Shown piece after piece: positions 26,091-38,091 of a stretch of 64,000 nucleotides of DNA. The notes beneath the pieces were generated by a model, which was given only the letters and a program-made list of their open reading frames with translations, did no database searches and was not told the origin of the DNA. Positions within the stretch are counted from its first letter, which is position 1; each line of letters starts with the position of its first letter. The position numbers and the translations under genes are program-made. Source of the DNA: Squalus acanthias (lineage: Eukaryota); assembly GCA_030390025.1 (NCBI GenBank), contig CM059432.1, positions 36,396,001 to 36,460,000 on the forward strand, in the 5' to 3' direction.

Positions 26091-28150
26091 CCAGGCGTAC
26101 TAAAAAAAAAATAAGGTGCCAACCTGGGGAAGCTGCAACACAGGACTTGGTCATAGGTGAACAGGACCAGGCGTACTAAAAAAAAAAATAAGGTGCCAAC
26201 CTGGGGAAGCTGCAACACAGGACTTATATGCATGCTAAACAACGGAAACAGCATGCTATAGACAGAGCTAAGCGATCCCACATTCAACGGATAAGATCAA
26301 AGCTCTAGTCCTGCCACATCCAGTCGTGAATGGTGGACAATTAAACAGCTTACGAGAGGAGGTGGTTCCAGGAATATCCCCATCCTCAATGATGGACCCA
26401 GCACGTGAGTGAAAAAGACAAGGCTGAAGTGTTTGCAACCATCTTCAGCCAGAAGCGCTGAGTGGATGATCCATATCGACCTCATCCTGAGATCCCCACC
26501 ATTACAGAAGCCAGTCTTCAGCCAATTCGATTCACTCAACGTGATATCAAGAAATGGCTGAGCACACCGGATACAGCAAAGGCTATGGGCCCTGACAACA
26601 TCCCGGCTGTCGTGCTGCAGACTGTGCTCCAGAACTAGCCGCGCCTCTAGCCAAGCTGTTCCAGTACAGCTACAATACTGGTGGAAAGCCTTTGGGAAGT
26701 CAGGAGGTGAGACACTCACCACAGAATACCCAGCCTCTGACCTGCTCTTGTTGTATGTCCTGTCCACAAAGCAGGACAAATCCAATGCAGCCAGTTACCG
26801 CCCCATCAGTCTACTCTCAAATCATCAGCAAAATGATGGAAGGTGTCATCAACAGTGCTATCAAGCGGCATTTACTCACCAATAACCTGCTCACCGATGC
26901 TCAGTTTGGGTTCTGCCAAGACCACTCGGCCCCAGACCTCATTACAGCCTTTATCCAAACATGGACAAAAGAGCTGAATTCCAGAGGTGAGGTGAGAGTG
27001 ACTGCCCTTGACATCAGGGCAGCATTTGATCGAATGTGGCATCGAGCCCTAGTAAAATTGAAGTCGATGGAAATCGGGGGGAAAACTCTCCACTGACTGG
27101 AGTCATACCTAGCACAAAGGAAGATGGTTGTGATGATTGAGGGTCAATCATCACAGCCCCAGGACATCGCTGCAGGAGTTCCTCAGGGCAGTGTCCTAGG
27201 CCCAACCATCTTCAGCTGCTTCATCAATGACCTTCCCTCCATCATAAGGTCAGAAGTGGGGATGTTCGCTGATGATTGCAGTGTTCCGTTCCATTCGCAA
27301 CTCCTCAAATAATGAAGCAGTCCATGCCCGAATGCAGCAAGACCTGGACGACATTCAGGCTTGGGCTGATAAGTGGCAAGTAACATTTGCACCACACAAG
27401 TGCCAGGCAATGACTATCTCAAACAAGTGAGAGTCTAACCACCACCCCTTGACATTCAATGGCATTACCATTGCCGAATTCCCCACCATCAATATTCTGG
27501 GGGTCACCGTTGACCAGAAACTTAACTTGACCAGCCACACACATACTGTGGCAACAAGAGCAGGTCAGAGGCTGGGTATTCTGTGGTGAGTGTCTCACCT
27601 CCTGACTTCCCAAAGGCTTTCCACCACCTGTAAGGCACAAGTCAGGAGTGTGATGGAATACTCTCCACTTGCCTGGATGAATGCAGCTCCAACAACACTC
27701 AAGAAGCTTGACACCATCCAGGACAAACCAACCCGCTTGATTGGCACCACATCCACGTTCACTCCCTCCACCACTGCCACACTGTGGCTGCAGTGTGTAC
27801 CATCTACAAGATGCACAGCAGCAACTCGCCAAGGCTTCTTTGGCAACACCTCCCAAACCCGCGACCTCTAGCACCTAGAAGGACAAGGGCAGCAGGCGCA
27901 TGGGAACACCATCACCTGAAAGTTCCCCTCCAAGTCACACACCATCCTGACTTAGAAATATATCGCTGTTCCTTCGTCATCGCTTGGTCAAAATCCTGGA
28001 ACTCCCTCCCTAACAACACTCTGGGAGTACCTTCACCACATGGACTGCAGTAGTTCAAAAAGGCGACTCACCACCACCTTCTCAAAGGCAATTGGGAATG
28101 GGCAATAAATGCTGGCCTTGCCAGTGATGCCCACAACCCATGAATGAATT
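26091..28150 (+). mobile_element. CR1-group LINE (family B), 5'-truncated
   Basis: [44 protein letters not shown]; homologous to 293-2610. Confidence 0.85.
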
Positions 28151-28369
28151 TTTAAATAAAGGATAGGTTAAACGCGGTAGAGTTTTGATGAGCTGAAGTC
28201 CACGGAGGGTGGAGAATGTAAAGGCTTTACAATGCGTTGACCACACAAGTATTGTGTTCATTTTTAGTCACCATGTGACAGAAAATGTTGCAGGAAAGAG
28301 GAGTGCAAAGGATATTAATGTGTGGTGATTGTTTATAACTGAATGGCTTGCTAGTTAGTCCACTGTAGA

Positions 28370-28595
28370 GGGCATTAGGTATCAACTGCATAGTTTAGGA
28401 CTGGAATTGCATTTGGGCCAGACCAAGTAGAGGTCTCAGGTTCCCTTCTCTGAAGGACATTAGTGAATCAATTGGTCATTTTGTTAGTGCCAGCCCACAA
28501 ATTACCAAATTACTGAATTAAATTTCACAACTTGGCATGGTGGGATTTGAACTCACGACTCCTGGTTTGACACCCCAGGCCATTACCACTACAAC
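28370..28595 (-). mobile_element. tRNA-derived SINE fragment
   Basis: Reverse complement of the family at 51490-51755, with A-box-like tagtggtaatgg and B-box-like gttcaaatccc. Confidence 0.6.
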
Positions 28596-28892
28596 TATTA
28601 TGGCATAAGTGATGAAGAAAGTTTAGAGAAGCTTAAACATTATAGTTTAGAGAGAAGGTGGTTCAAGGGGGACCTCATTGAGGTGTATATAAAATAATAA
28701 ATGGTATAGATAAGGAAACTAATGTTTCAAGTTATGTCTAAAATGTAGGGCTAGAGAACATGAATGTAAATTGGTGAAAATTATATGTTGGAGCAAAAAA
28801 CTCCATGTATTCAAGGTAATAAAGGATTGGACTGTACTGAGTGAGGTAATGGGGTTATTCAAAATACAATTGGATAACATGATGAAAGAATT

Positions 28893-29212
28893 GGGGGTAA
28901 AAATTGGGTAGCACCCCCTTTGGGGCCAGCAACAAAAATGGCCACACGCCACCTCCCCTTTAACTAGCGCCGCCCCGGCCGCAGGTAGGCCCCCCTGACC
29001 CCGGCGGATATAGCGTCCGGCGGCAAGTTGGGGGGGCGTCACCCAATATTACAACCAGGGCGCTGCGCACGGTGATGACGTCATCGCCGGCAGCGCCGCT
29101 TACCTCCCGCTGAATTTCGTGGGAGGCGTTAGCGGCGCTGCGCCCAGGCGCTAGTTGATTTACGCCCTGTTAGGGTGCTAACGGGAGGCGCAAATCAACC
29201 GATTTAGCCCCC
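28893..29212. mobile_element. GC-rich MITE-like element with imperfect terminal inverted repeats
   Basis: GGGGGTAAAAATTGG and CCGATTTAGCCCCC ends, TAGCACCC/GGGTGCTA sub-terminal inverted match, internal hairpins, and sharp CpG enrichment relative to the flanks. Confidence 0.5.
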
Positions 29213-29707
29213 TTGATATTTAGTGTGACATTCCAACTGTACCTTAAAATTGCATCCAAATTAATTTCTTTGGTTAATTATGGTGCTAGATTTCTCTGTC
29301 TCCAAGCAAACTTGCATATAACCCAAAACGCTTCACATCCAATGTATTGTTATTATCATAGAATCATCGAATGATACAGTACCGAAGAAGGCTATTTGGC
29401 CCATCATGCCTGTAGGCAATGCTGTAGCCAATTTGTGCACTGCAAAATCTTCCTAACGGCAATGCGATTAATAACCACTTAAACTTTTTTTGTGATACTG
29501 GTTGAGGGAGGAATGTTGACCAGGACACTGGGAGATCTTTGACATCTTCCATGTCATGAGATCCTTCATGTCTTCCTGAACAGACAGATGGGGCCTCGCG
29601 TTGGTGTTTCATCAGAAGGTGCACTCTCAATACTGCACTTAAGTGTTAGCCTAGATTATGTGCTGAAGTCCTAGAGTGGACTTGAAACCGCCCCCCCCCC
29701 CCCCCCA

Positions 29708-30135
29708 AACAACAACTTGCATTTATATAGTGCCTTTAACGTGTTAAAATGTCCCATGGCGCTTCACAGGAATGTTATCAGACAAAATTTGACACCAAGC
29801 CACATGGGAGATATTAGGACGGTGACCAAAAACTTGGTCAAAGAGGTATTTTTTAAGAAAGGTCTGATAGGAGGAGAGCGAGGCAGAGAAGTTTAGTGAG
29901 GGATTTCCAGAGCTTAGGGTCTAGATAGCTGAAGGCACAGCTGCCAATGGTGAGGCGAAGGAAATTGGGGATTCATGAGGCCAGTATAGGAGGAATGCAG
30001 AGTTCTGGGAAGGTTGTAGGGGTGGAGGAGGTTACAGCGATAGGGAGGGGTGAGGCCATGAAGGGATTTGAACACAAGGATAGTCATTTTAAATTTGAGG
30101 CATTGCTGGACTGGGAGCTAATGTAGGTCATGTGA
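29708..30135 (-). mobile_element. L2 LINE 3' fragment
   Basis: aacaacaacttgcatttatatag tail; colinear with 33008-34090. Confidence 0.75.
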
Positions 30136-31378
30136 GGACCGGGATAATCAGAGCTTTGACTCTAGCAAAAGTGCTACCAACTGACTCAAGTTGATATGTC
30201 CTTCCTTGTTGGAAAATGTTTTAAGTGTATTAGAGTTCTGTCAATAAAACAGCAGTAAAAGTGAAGTCAATGGGAATCAGAGGGAAAACACTCCAATGAC
30301 TGTAGTCGTACCTGGCACAAAGTTGTGGTTGTTGGAGGCCAATCATCCCAGCCCCAAGACATCCCTACAGGAGTTCCTCAGGGCAGTGCTCTAAGCCCGA
30401 CTATCTTCAGTTGCTTCATCAATGAACTTCCTTCCGTCCTTAGGTGTGTACTATCTACAGGATGCACTGCAGCAACTCACTAAAGTTTCTTCAGTAGTGC
30501 CTCTCAAACCCACGATCTCCACCACTTCTTCGTCCTGACTTGGACTCGTATCGCTGTTTCTTCATCGCTGGGTTAAAATTCTGGAACTTCCTCCCCAACA
30601 GCACTGTGGGAGCACCTTCACCACATGGACTGCAGCGATTCAAGAAGGAAGCCCAGCCCAACCTTCTGCAGGTCAACACGATGTGCTGCTGAAGGAATAG
30701 GGATACGTAGGCTTGCTCTTTGATTCCCAATATGGCACAGGTCCAGTCGCAGATTATGCCTCCCTTAACGTTAGATTCTAGGCTAAATTTCCCTCCGTGT
30801 TTATAGCATGGGTTACTTTGGGAATAGGCCACCTATCTGGCTCATCAGCTGGTACAGACAGACCCAAGCATTTACTTTTGAATAAAATGGAGTGCGAGTG
30901 GGAGTAACCTTTTTTTAAAAATAGAAACCTTCCTCCAGCTACCTTCTTGATAGCCCCTCTCCTGTATTACCTGCCTTCTGTGTTATATATTGTAGCACAC
31001 AAAACACATACGTCTGTTAATTGTAACTTTTTAATATGTTTTGTTAGAAGCAGAAAAGTAATTAAATTGTCAGTGAGGGATGTGATGGAGAATGCAATGG
31101 GGGTTGTAAACCTGGTAAAATATGCCAATGGGGCCAAAAGCTGTTCAACTGTGTTCATTTTATAGCTGCAAGTATTTCATTTAATTTAAGTTCTACTCGG
31201 ATAGCATTTGTAGTAAGTTTGGCACAAAACCTTGAGGAGGGAGCCCAAATATGCTGTCATTTAAAAAAAATAAAAATAATAATAATTGCTCGCAGGATTG
31301 GCAGTAACCAATATGTCTTTATAATATAAATTGAGAAATTGAAACCTTGATCTTGTATGTGCTTCAGAGGGTTGTGAA

Positions 31379-31546
31379 CAATGTTCTCTGTAAGCTGCGC
31401 TTTGATCTTGCGCGGCTTGTTTCTTTTAATGTGCGGTCCCTTTAAATTTCTGCGACTGTGCGGTATTTACAATGGAAAAGCTGGTGAGCGGCCTGTGCGG
31501 GACTTTTCCCATTACTGCACGGCCGCGCAGCTTAGAGGGAGCATTG
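31379..31546. mobile_element. hAT-like MITE (168 bp) inserted in a CR1 3' fragment
   Basis: Ends CAATGTTCTCT and AGGGAGCATTG; flanks GTTGTGAA/GTTGTTAA (7/8). CR1 sequence continues on both sides. Confidence 0.75.
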
Positions 31547-31861
31547 GTTGTTAATCTTTGGAATTCTCTACCCCAGAGGGCTGTGGATGCTCAGTCGATG
31601 AGTATATTTACGACTAAGATCGATAGGTTTTTGGGCACTAAAGGAATCAAGGGTAATGGGGATAGGGCAGGAAAGTGGAGTTGATGTAAAAATTCAGCCA
31701 TGATGGCTGACTCAAGATGCCGTATTGCCTACTCCTGCTCTTATTTCTTATGTTCTCATGAATTATTGTCCAACCTGCCTTCAACTCCTTCCATTGGAAT
31801 CAGAAATTGAGGCAATCTTTCCATTGTCTGAGTAGAGTGTCTTTTGCCAGCACCTTGTACT

Positions 31862-32320
31862 TCCAGGGATGAGGGATTACAGTTACTTGGATAGACTGGA
31901 AAAGCTGAGGTTGTTTTCCTTAGATCAGAGAAGGCTAAGGGGAGATTTGATAGAGGTGTTTAAAATCATGAAGGGTTTAGATAGAGTAAATAAGGAGAAA
32001 ATGTTTCCAGTGGCTGAAGTGTTGATGACCAGAGGGCACAGATTTAAAGTGATTGGCAAAAGAACCAGAGGCGACATGCAAAAAAAACTTTTTTACGCTA
32101 GTGGTTAGGATTTGGAATGCACTGCCTGATAGGGTGGTGGAAACAGATTCAATAGTAGCATTCAAAAGGGAATTGTATAAATACTTGAACGAGGAAAAAA
32201 ATTACAGGAATATGGAGAAAGAGCCAGGGAGTGGGATTAACTAGATTGCTCTTTGAAAGAGCTGGCGCAGACTAAATGGGCCAAATGGCCTCCTTCTGTA
32301 CTGTACTATTCTATGATTCT
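31862..32320 (+). mobile_element. CR1 LINE 3' fragment
   Basis: LFSLDQRRLRGDLIEVFKIM. Confidence 0.8.
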
Positions 32321-32609
32321 ATCTCCTCCTTCTCCCCTGTTCTCAGAACCACTTCCTTCCCGTGCAGATGTTATAGGATGTGCAGGTGCCCAGAATATCT
32401 TGGCCCAGCCTACTTCCGGATCACTAACCCCATGTCTATGTTTTAATTCAGTAGTTAAGTCTTTGATATGTGAGCATCGTGACACTCATTTATTGCTATC
32501 ATCTGGTTTGCATGAAAATGATACTACCTCTGTACAGCTAGAGATAATAAAGATTCAGTGACAAGTGACGTTATTGGTATGATTCATTTTAATTGTCCAG
32601 CGTTGTCTA

Positions 32610-32990
32610 CTTGGTTCATTTGGCAGCAATACTCCCTGCGTCAGAATGTTGTGGGTTGAGGGGACACTCCAGGATTCAAGAACATTATCTGGTCTGACAA
32701 TCCACTGCAATAATGAGGGAGCTCAGTATTGTCAGAAGTGCCGTCCTTTGGATGAGACATTAAGTGAAGCACGCCTTGTCTGCCTGTTCGGGTGGATATT
32801 AAAGATCCCATGGCACTATTGGAAGAAGAGCAGGGAGGTCTGGTGTCCTGGGCAACATTCCTTTCTCGAGCAACAAAAAAAAAGATAAATCTTACTGCTG
32901 TTTGTGAGATCTTGCTGTGTGCAAAATGATGGCTGTGTTTGCCTGTACAAGTCACTGCACTTCAAAAAGACTTCATTGAGCAACAATTTG
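32610..32990 (+). mobile_element. Deu-domain SINE, degraded
   Basis: gtgccgtcctttggatgagac...aaagatcccatggcacta...gaagaagagcaggg resembles the Deu domain; homologous to 44428-44762. Confidence 0.65.
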
Positions 32991-33007
32991 AGATGCAATA
33001 AGGTCTT

Positions 33008-34090
33008 ACAACAACAACTTGCATTTATATAGCGCCTTTAATGAAGTAAAACGTCCCAAGGTGGTTGATTGGACCGTTGTCAAACAGAATTTGACACCAA
33101 GCCACATGAGATATTAGGATAGGTGACCAAAAGCTAGGTCAGAGGCAGGTTTTAGGGAGTGTGTTAAAGGAAGAGAGTGGAGAGGTTTAGGGAAGGAATT
33201 CCAGAGAATTAGGATCTAGGTAGCTGAAGGCACAGCTGCCAATGCTGGAGTGAAGAAAATCGGGAATTCGCAAGAGCCCAGAATTGGAGGAGCTCAGCGA
33301 TCTCGGAGGGTTGTAGGCAGAGATCCCACTAAGGTGTGCGCGCGACTGCGCAGTGGTCTGAGGTCCCGCACAGGCTTTTATATTGTAGATACTGCGAATG
33401 CGCAAAAATTTGAATGGACCGCGCATTGGGGGAGGCAGGCCCTGCAGGAGGTACTGCAGCTTACGGAGGACATTGGTTGTAGGACTGGAGGAGGTTAGAG
33501 ATAGGATGGGGTGAGGCTATGGAGAGATTTGAAAACAAGGATGAGAATTTTTAAATCGAGACGTTGTTGGACCGGGGAACAAATGTAGGTCGGCGAGCAC
33601 AGGGATGTTGGGTGAATGGGACTTGGTTGTGAGTTAGGATGCAGGCAGCAGAGTTTTGGATGAGCTGGGAGTCTGGCCAGGAGAGCTTTTGAAGTGTCGA
33701 GTTTGGCGGTAACAAAGGCATGGTTGAGGGTTTCAGCAGCAGATGATCTGAGGCAAAGGTGGAGATGTTAAGGAGGTGGAAATAGGCGGTCTTCGTGATG
33801 GCGCAGATATGTGGTCGGAAGCTCATCTGTGGGTCAAATATGACACCAAGATTGCGAACGGTATGGTTCAGCCTCAGACAGTGACCAGGGAGAACGATGG
33901 AGTCAGTGGCTAGGAAACAGAGTAACAGAGTTTGTAGCAGGAAACTAAGTCGGTGGCTTCGGTCTTCCCAATATGTAATTGGAGGAAATTTATTCTCGTC
34001 CAAAACTAGATGTCTGACGAGCAGTGACCAATCAGAAGCAGTAGAGGGGTCTAGAGAGATGGTGGTGAGGTAGAGATGGGTGTCGTCAGC
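33008..34090 (-). mobile_element. L2 LINE 3' portion
   Basis: ORF 33551-34108 has ADDTHLYL, VRNLGVIFD, TKTAYFHL and LIQNSAA, typical of the L2 ORF2 C-terminus. Confidence 0.8.
33318..33475. mobile_element. hAT-like MITE (158 bp) inserted in L2
   Basis: Perfect 8-bp TSD GTTGTAGG (33310-33317, 33476-33483); the right end gcagctta..ggacattg is shared with the other copies. Confidence 0.7.
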
Positions 34091-37000
34091 TGGTGTCATA
34101 TCTAGCACAAAGGAAGATGTGGTTGTTGGAGGCCAATCATCTCAGACCCAGTATATCGCTGCAGGAATTCCTCGGGGCAGGATCCTAGGGCCAACTATCT
34201 TCACCTGCTTCATGTTTACCTTTCCTCCATCATTAAGATCAGAAGTGGGGCTGTTCGCTGATGATTGCAGAGTGTTCAGCTCCATTTGCAATTATTCAGA
34301 TAAGAAAGCAGTTAATGCCTCGGGTGGATATTGTAGTGCCAATAGTAGTTCAGAAACCAATGAAAGGGAAGAGAGTAGAGTAACAGTCAGAAATTGCACT
34401 TTAGGCACTACATGTAGAGGGAAAACTAAGATGTAAAGTGATTAAACCAAGTGAGAGAAATAAGAAACAAGTGAGAAAAACATTGGAGCCGAATGACAGG
34501 CTAGGGTGTGTGGCCCAAATAAGTGTTCTTTATACACACGCACAAAGTATAAGGAATAAATTGAATGAACTGCACGCGCAAATTCAAATTGGAGGGTATG
34601 ACATGGTAGCCATTACTGAGACATGGCTGCAAGATGGCCAGGACTGGGAACTAAATATACCAGGTTACAAGGTCTACAGGAAAGATAGAGAAAATGGCAG
34701 AGGGGGAGGTGTAGCCTTCGTGATTAAGGATGCGATCACTTCAATGATAAGAGAGGATATAATGAAAGGTAAGCAGGCAGTGGAGACTTCATGGGTAGAA
34801 TTAAGAAATAGGAAAGGATTTAAGACTGTAGTGGGAGTTGTATATAGGCCCCCTGGTAGCAGCTGTGAAGTGCTAGATTGTATAAATGCAGAAATTAGAC
34901 AAGCATGTAGTAAAGGCATAGTGGTTTTAATGGGGGATTTTAACTTTCATATAGATTGGGATAAGTAGACTAGCATCTGTCAGAAAGGTAGTGAATTTCT
35001 TGAGTGTCACCGGGATAGTTTTCTGCAACAAAATGTCCTAGAGGCAACAAGGGGGCCTGCTATATTAGATTTAGTAATGAGCCAGATTTAATTAACACCC
35101 TAACTGTGCGTGAACATTTATCCAATAGCGATCATAACATGATCAAGTTCAATGTAGCATTTGAAAGGGAGAAATACAAAACAGCTACTAGATTTGGGTA
35201 CAGCCGACTTCAAAGGGTGAGACAGAGACTGTCCACAGTTAACTGGGCAAATCTGTTAATGGGTAAAACAACAAAAGATCAGTGGAAGATGTTCAAAAAA
35301 GAATTTAAGGTGATACAGAACCAGTTTATACCCCTGAGGGGCAAGAGCTCTACTTGCCAAAAACAAAACAGCCATGGACAATTAAAGAGGTGAGGGATAG
35401 TATAAAACTAAAAGAAAAACATACAAAAATTCAAAAAATAGCACAGATCCTGGCGAATGGGAAAGATACAAAGAACAGCAAAGGGTCACAAAACAGATAG
35501 CAAGAGCTACAAAAAGGGAGTATGAAAGGAAACTTGCAAGGTATATCAAAATCAACACTTTTTTACAATTCTATTAGGAAAGAGGGTACACAGGAGCAAT
35601 ATTGACCCCTTAAAAACTGACGCAGTGATATTATCAATGATAAAGAAATGGCAGACATGTTGAATAATTACTTTGTCAGTATTTACAGTAGAGGAAGAGA
35701 AAGCATGCCAGAAATCCCAAGGAAACTAAATTAGGGACAGGGACTCAATAAAATTAATGTAAGTAAAATAACAGTAATGAAGAAAATAATGGCACGAAAG
35801 TGACAAATCCCCAGGACCAGATGGTTTCCATCCCAGAGTTTTAAAGGAAGTAGGTGAGCACATTGCAGATGCCCTAACTATAATCTTCCAAAGTTCTCTC
35901 GATTCAGGAACCATTCCTTTAGATTGGAAAATTGTGCTATTCAAGAATGACGAGAGAAGGAAAGCAGGAAATTATAGACCAGTTAGCCTAACATCTGTTG
36001 TCGATAATTGCTAGAGTCTATAATTAAGGATAGGGTGACTGAAAACCTTAAATTTTCAGTTGATCAGTGAGAGGCAGTGTGGGGTGGGGTGGGGTGTACA
36101 GAAAATAGGAAGGATATATTGTCCTTGGAGGGAGTGCAGCATAGGTTTACCAGAATGATACCCGGACTTCAAGGGTTACGTTACGAGGAGAGAATACACA
36201 AATTAGGGTTGTATTCCCTAGAATTTAGATGGTTAAGGGGTGATCTGATCGACGTTTTCAAAATATTAAGGGGAACCGATAGGGTCGATAGAGAGAAAGA
36301 ACTTAAATAGGAGCAGGAGTAGGCCATTTGGGCCTTCGAGCCTGCTCCGCCATTCAATAAGATCATGGCTGATCATCTACCTCATCTCCACTTTCCTGCA
36401 CTATCCCCATATCCCTTGATTCCCTTAATATTTAAAAATCTATTGATCTCTGTCTTGAATATACTCAACGACTGAGCCTCCACAGCTCTCTGGGGTAGAG
36501 AATTCCAAAGATTCACCACCCTCTGAGTAAAGAAATTTCTTCTCATCTCAGTCCTAAATGGCCGACCCCTTATTCTGAGACTGTGACCCCTGTTCCAGAC
36601 TCCCCAGCCAGGGGAAACATCCTCTCTGCATCTATCCTGTCAAGTCCTGTTTCAATGAGATCACCTCTCATTCTTCTAAACTCTAGAGAATATAGGCCCA
36701 GTCTACTCAATCTCTCCTCAGGACAATCCCCCCATCCCAGGAACCAGTCTGGTGAACCTTTGTTGCACTCCCTCTATGGCAAGTATATCCTTCCTTAGGT
36801 AAGGAGACCAATACTCCAGGTGTGGTCTCACCAGGGCCCTATATAATTGCAGTAAGATGTCTTTACTCTTATACTCAAATCCTCTTGTAATAAAGGCCAA
36901 CTTACCATTTGCTTTCCTAATTGCTTGCTGTACGTGCATGTTAACATTCAGTGATTCGTGTACAAGGACACCCAGGTCCTTCTGAACACCAACATTTCCC

Positions 37001-37686
37001 AACCTTTCACCATTTAAAAAATACTCTGATTTTCTATTTTTCCGACCAAAGTGAATAACTTCACATTTCTCCACATTATATTCCATTTACCATGTTCTTG
37101 CCCACTCACTTAGCCTGTCTATATCCCCTTGAATCCTCCTTGCATCCTCCTCACAACTTACATTCCCACCCAGCTTTGTATCATCAGCAAACTTGGATAT
37201 ATTACATTTGGTTCCCTCATCCAAATCATTGATGTAGATTGTGAATAGCTGAGGCCCAAGCACTGATCCTTGCGGTACCCCACTAGTTACAGCCTGCCAA
37301 CCCGAAAATGACCCGTTTATTCCTACTCTCTGTTTTCTGTCCGTTAACCAATCCTCAATCCATGCTAGTACATTACCCCCAATCCCATGAGCCCTAATTT
37401 TGTTTAATAACCTCTTGTGTGGCACCTTATCGAATGCCTTCTGAGAATCCAAATACACCACATCCACTGGTTCCCCCTTATTTATTCTGCTAGTTACAAC
37501 CTTAAAAACCTCTAACAGATTTGTCAAACACGATTTCCCTTTCATAAATTCGTGTTGACTCTGCCCAATCCGATTATTATTTTCTGAGTGCCCTGTTACC
37601 AAGTCGTCGTTAATATATTCTAGCATTTCCCTACTACTGATGTCAGGCTAACTGGTTTGTAGTGCCCCGTTTTCTCTCTCCCTCCT

Positions 37687-37880
37687 TGTCGTAAGAATGA
37701 GCCTTACGCGTGGTGAACTTAAAGTAAGCTTTAATCAACTAAAAAGGTGCTACATACAAAAGAGGTCTTACTCTATGCCTCTCCAGGATCCAACTGATCA
37801 GCCTAGTATTTATCCTGGACTAATCACAGGAAGTGATGCAATAAAGTTCGAGTCACAGGAAGCTGTATTGTGTTACCACA
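37687..37880 (-). repeat. 3' LTR
   Basis: 194 bp, identical to 41968-42161; preceded on the minus strand by the PPT. Confidence 0.95.
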
Positions 37881-37892
37881 TTCTCCCCCCCC
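37881..37892 (-). promoter_or_regulatory. Polypurine tract
   Basis: Minus strand GGGGGGGGAGAA directly abuts the TGTGG start of the 3' LTR. Confidence 0.9.
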
Positions 37893-38091
37893 AAAAGATT
37901 AGGAGGCCGGGATGAAGTTCGAGTCACAGGAAGCTGCATTGTGTTACCACATTCTCCCTCCATTTCGTAGCCGCTGGACGAGGGAGAGCCGCACCCGTTT
38001 GGGTTCTCGTAGCGGTAGAGGGCCCCTAGCCCGTTTACCAGCCGCGGGCCGTGGACCAGAGTCCGAGTGATCCAGCCCGCTCTGTGAGCGG

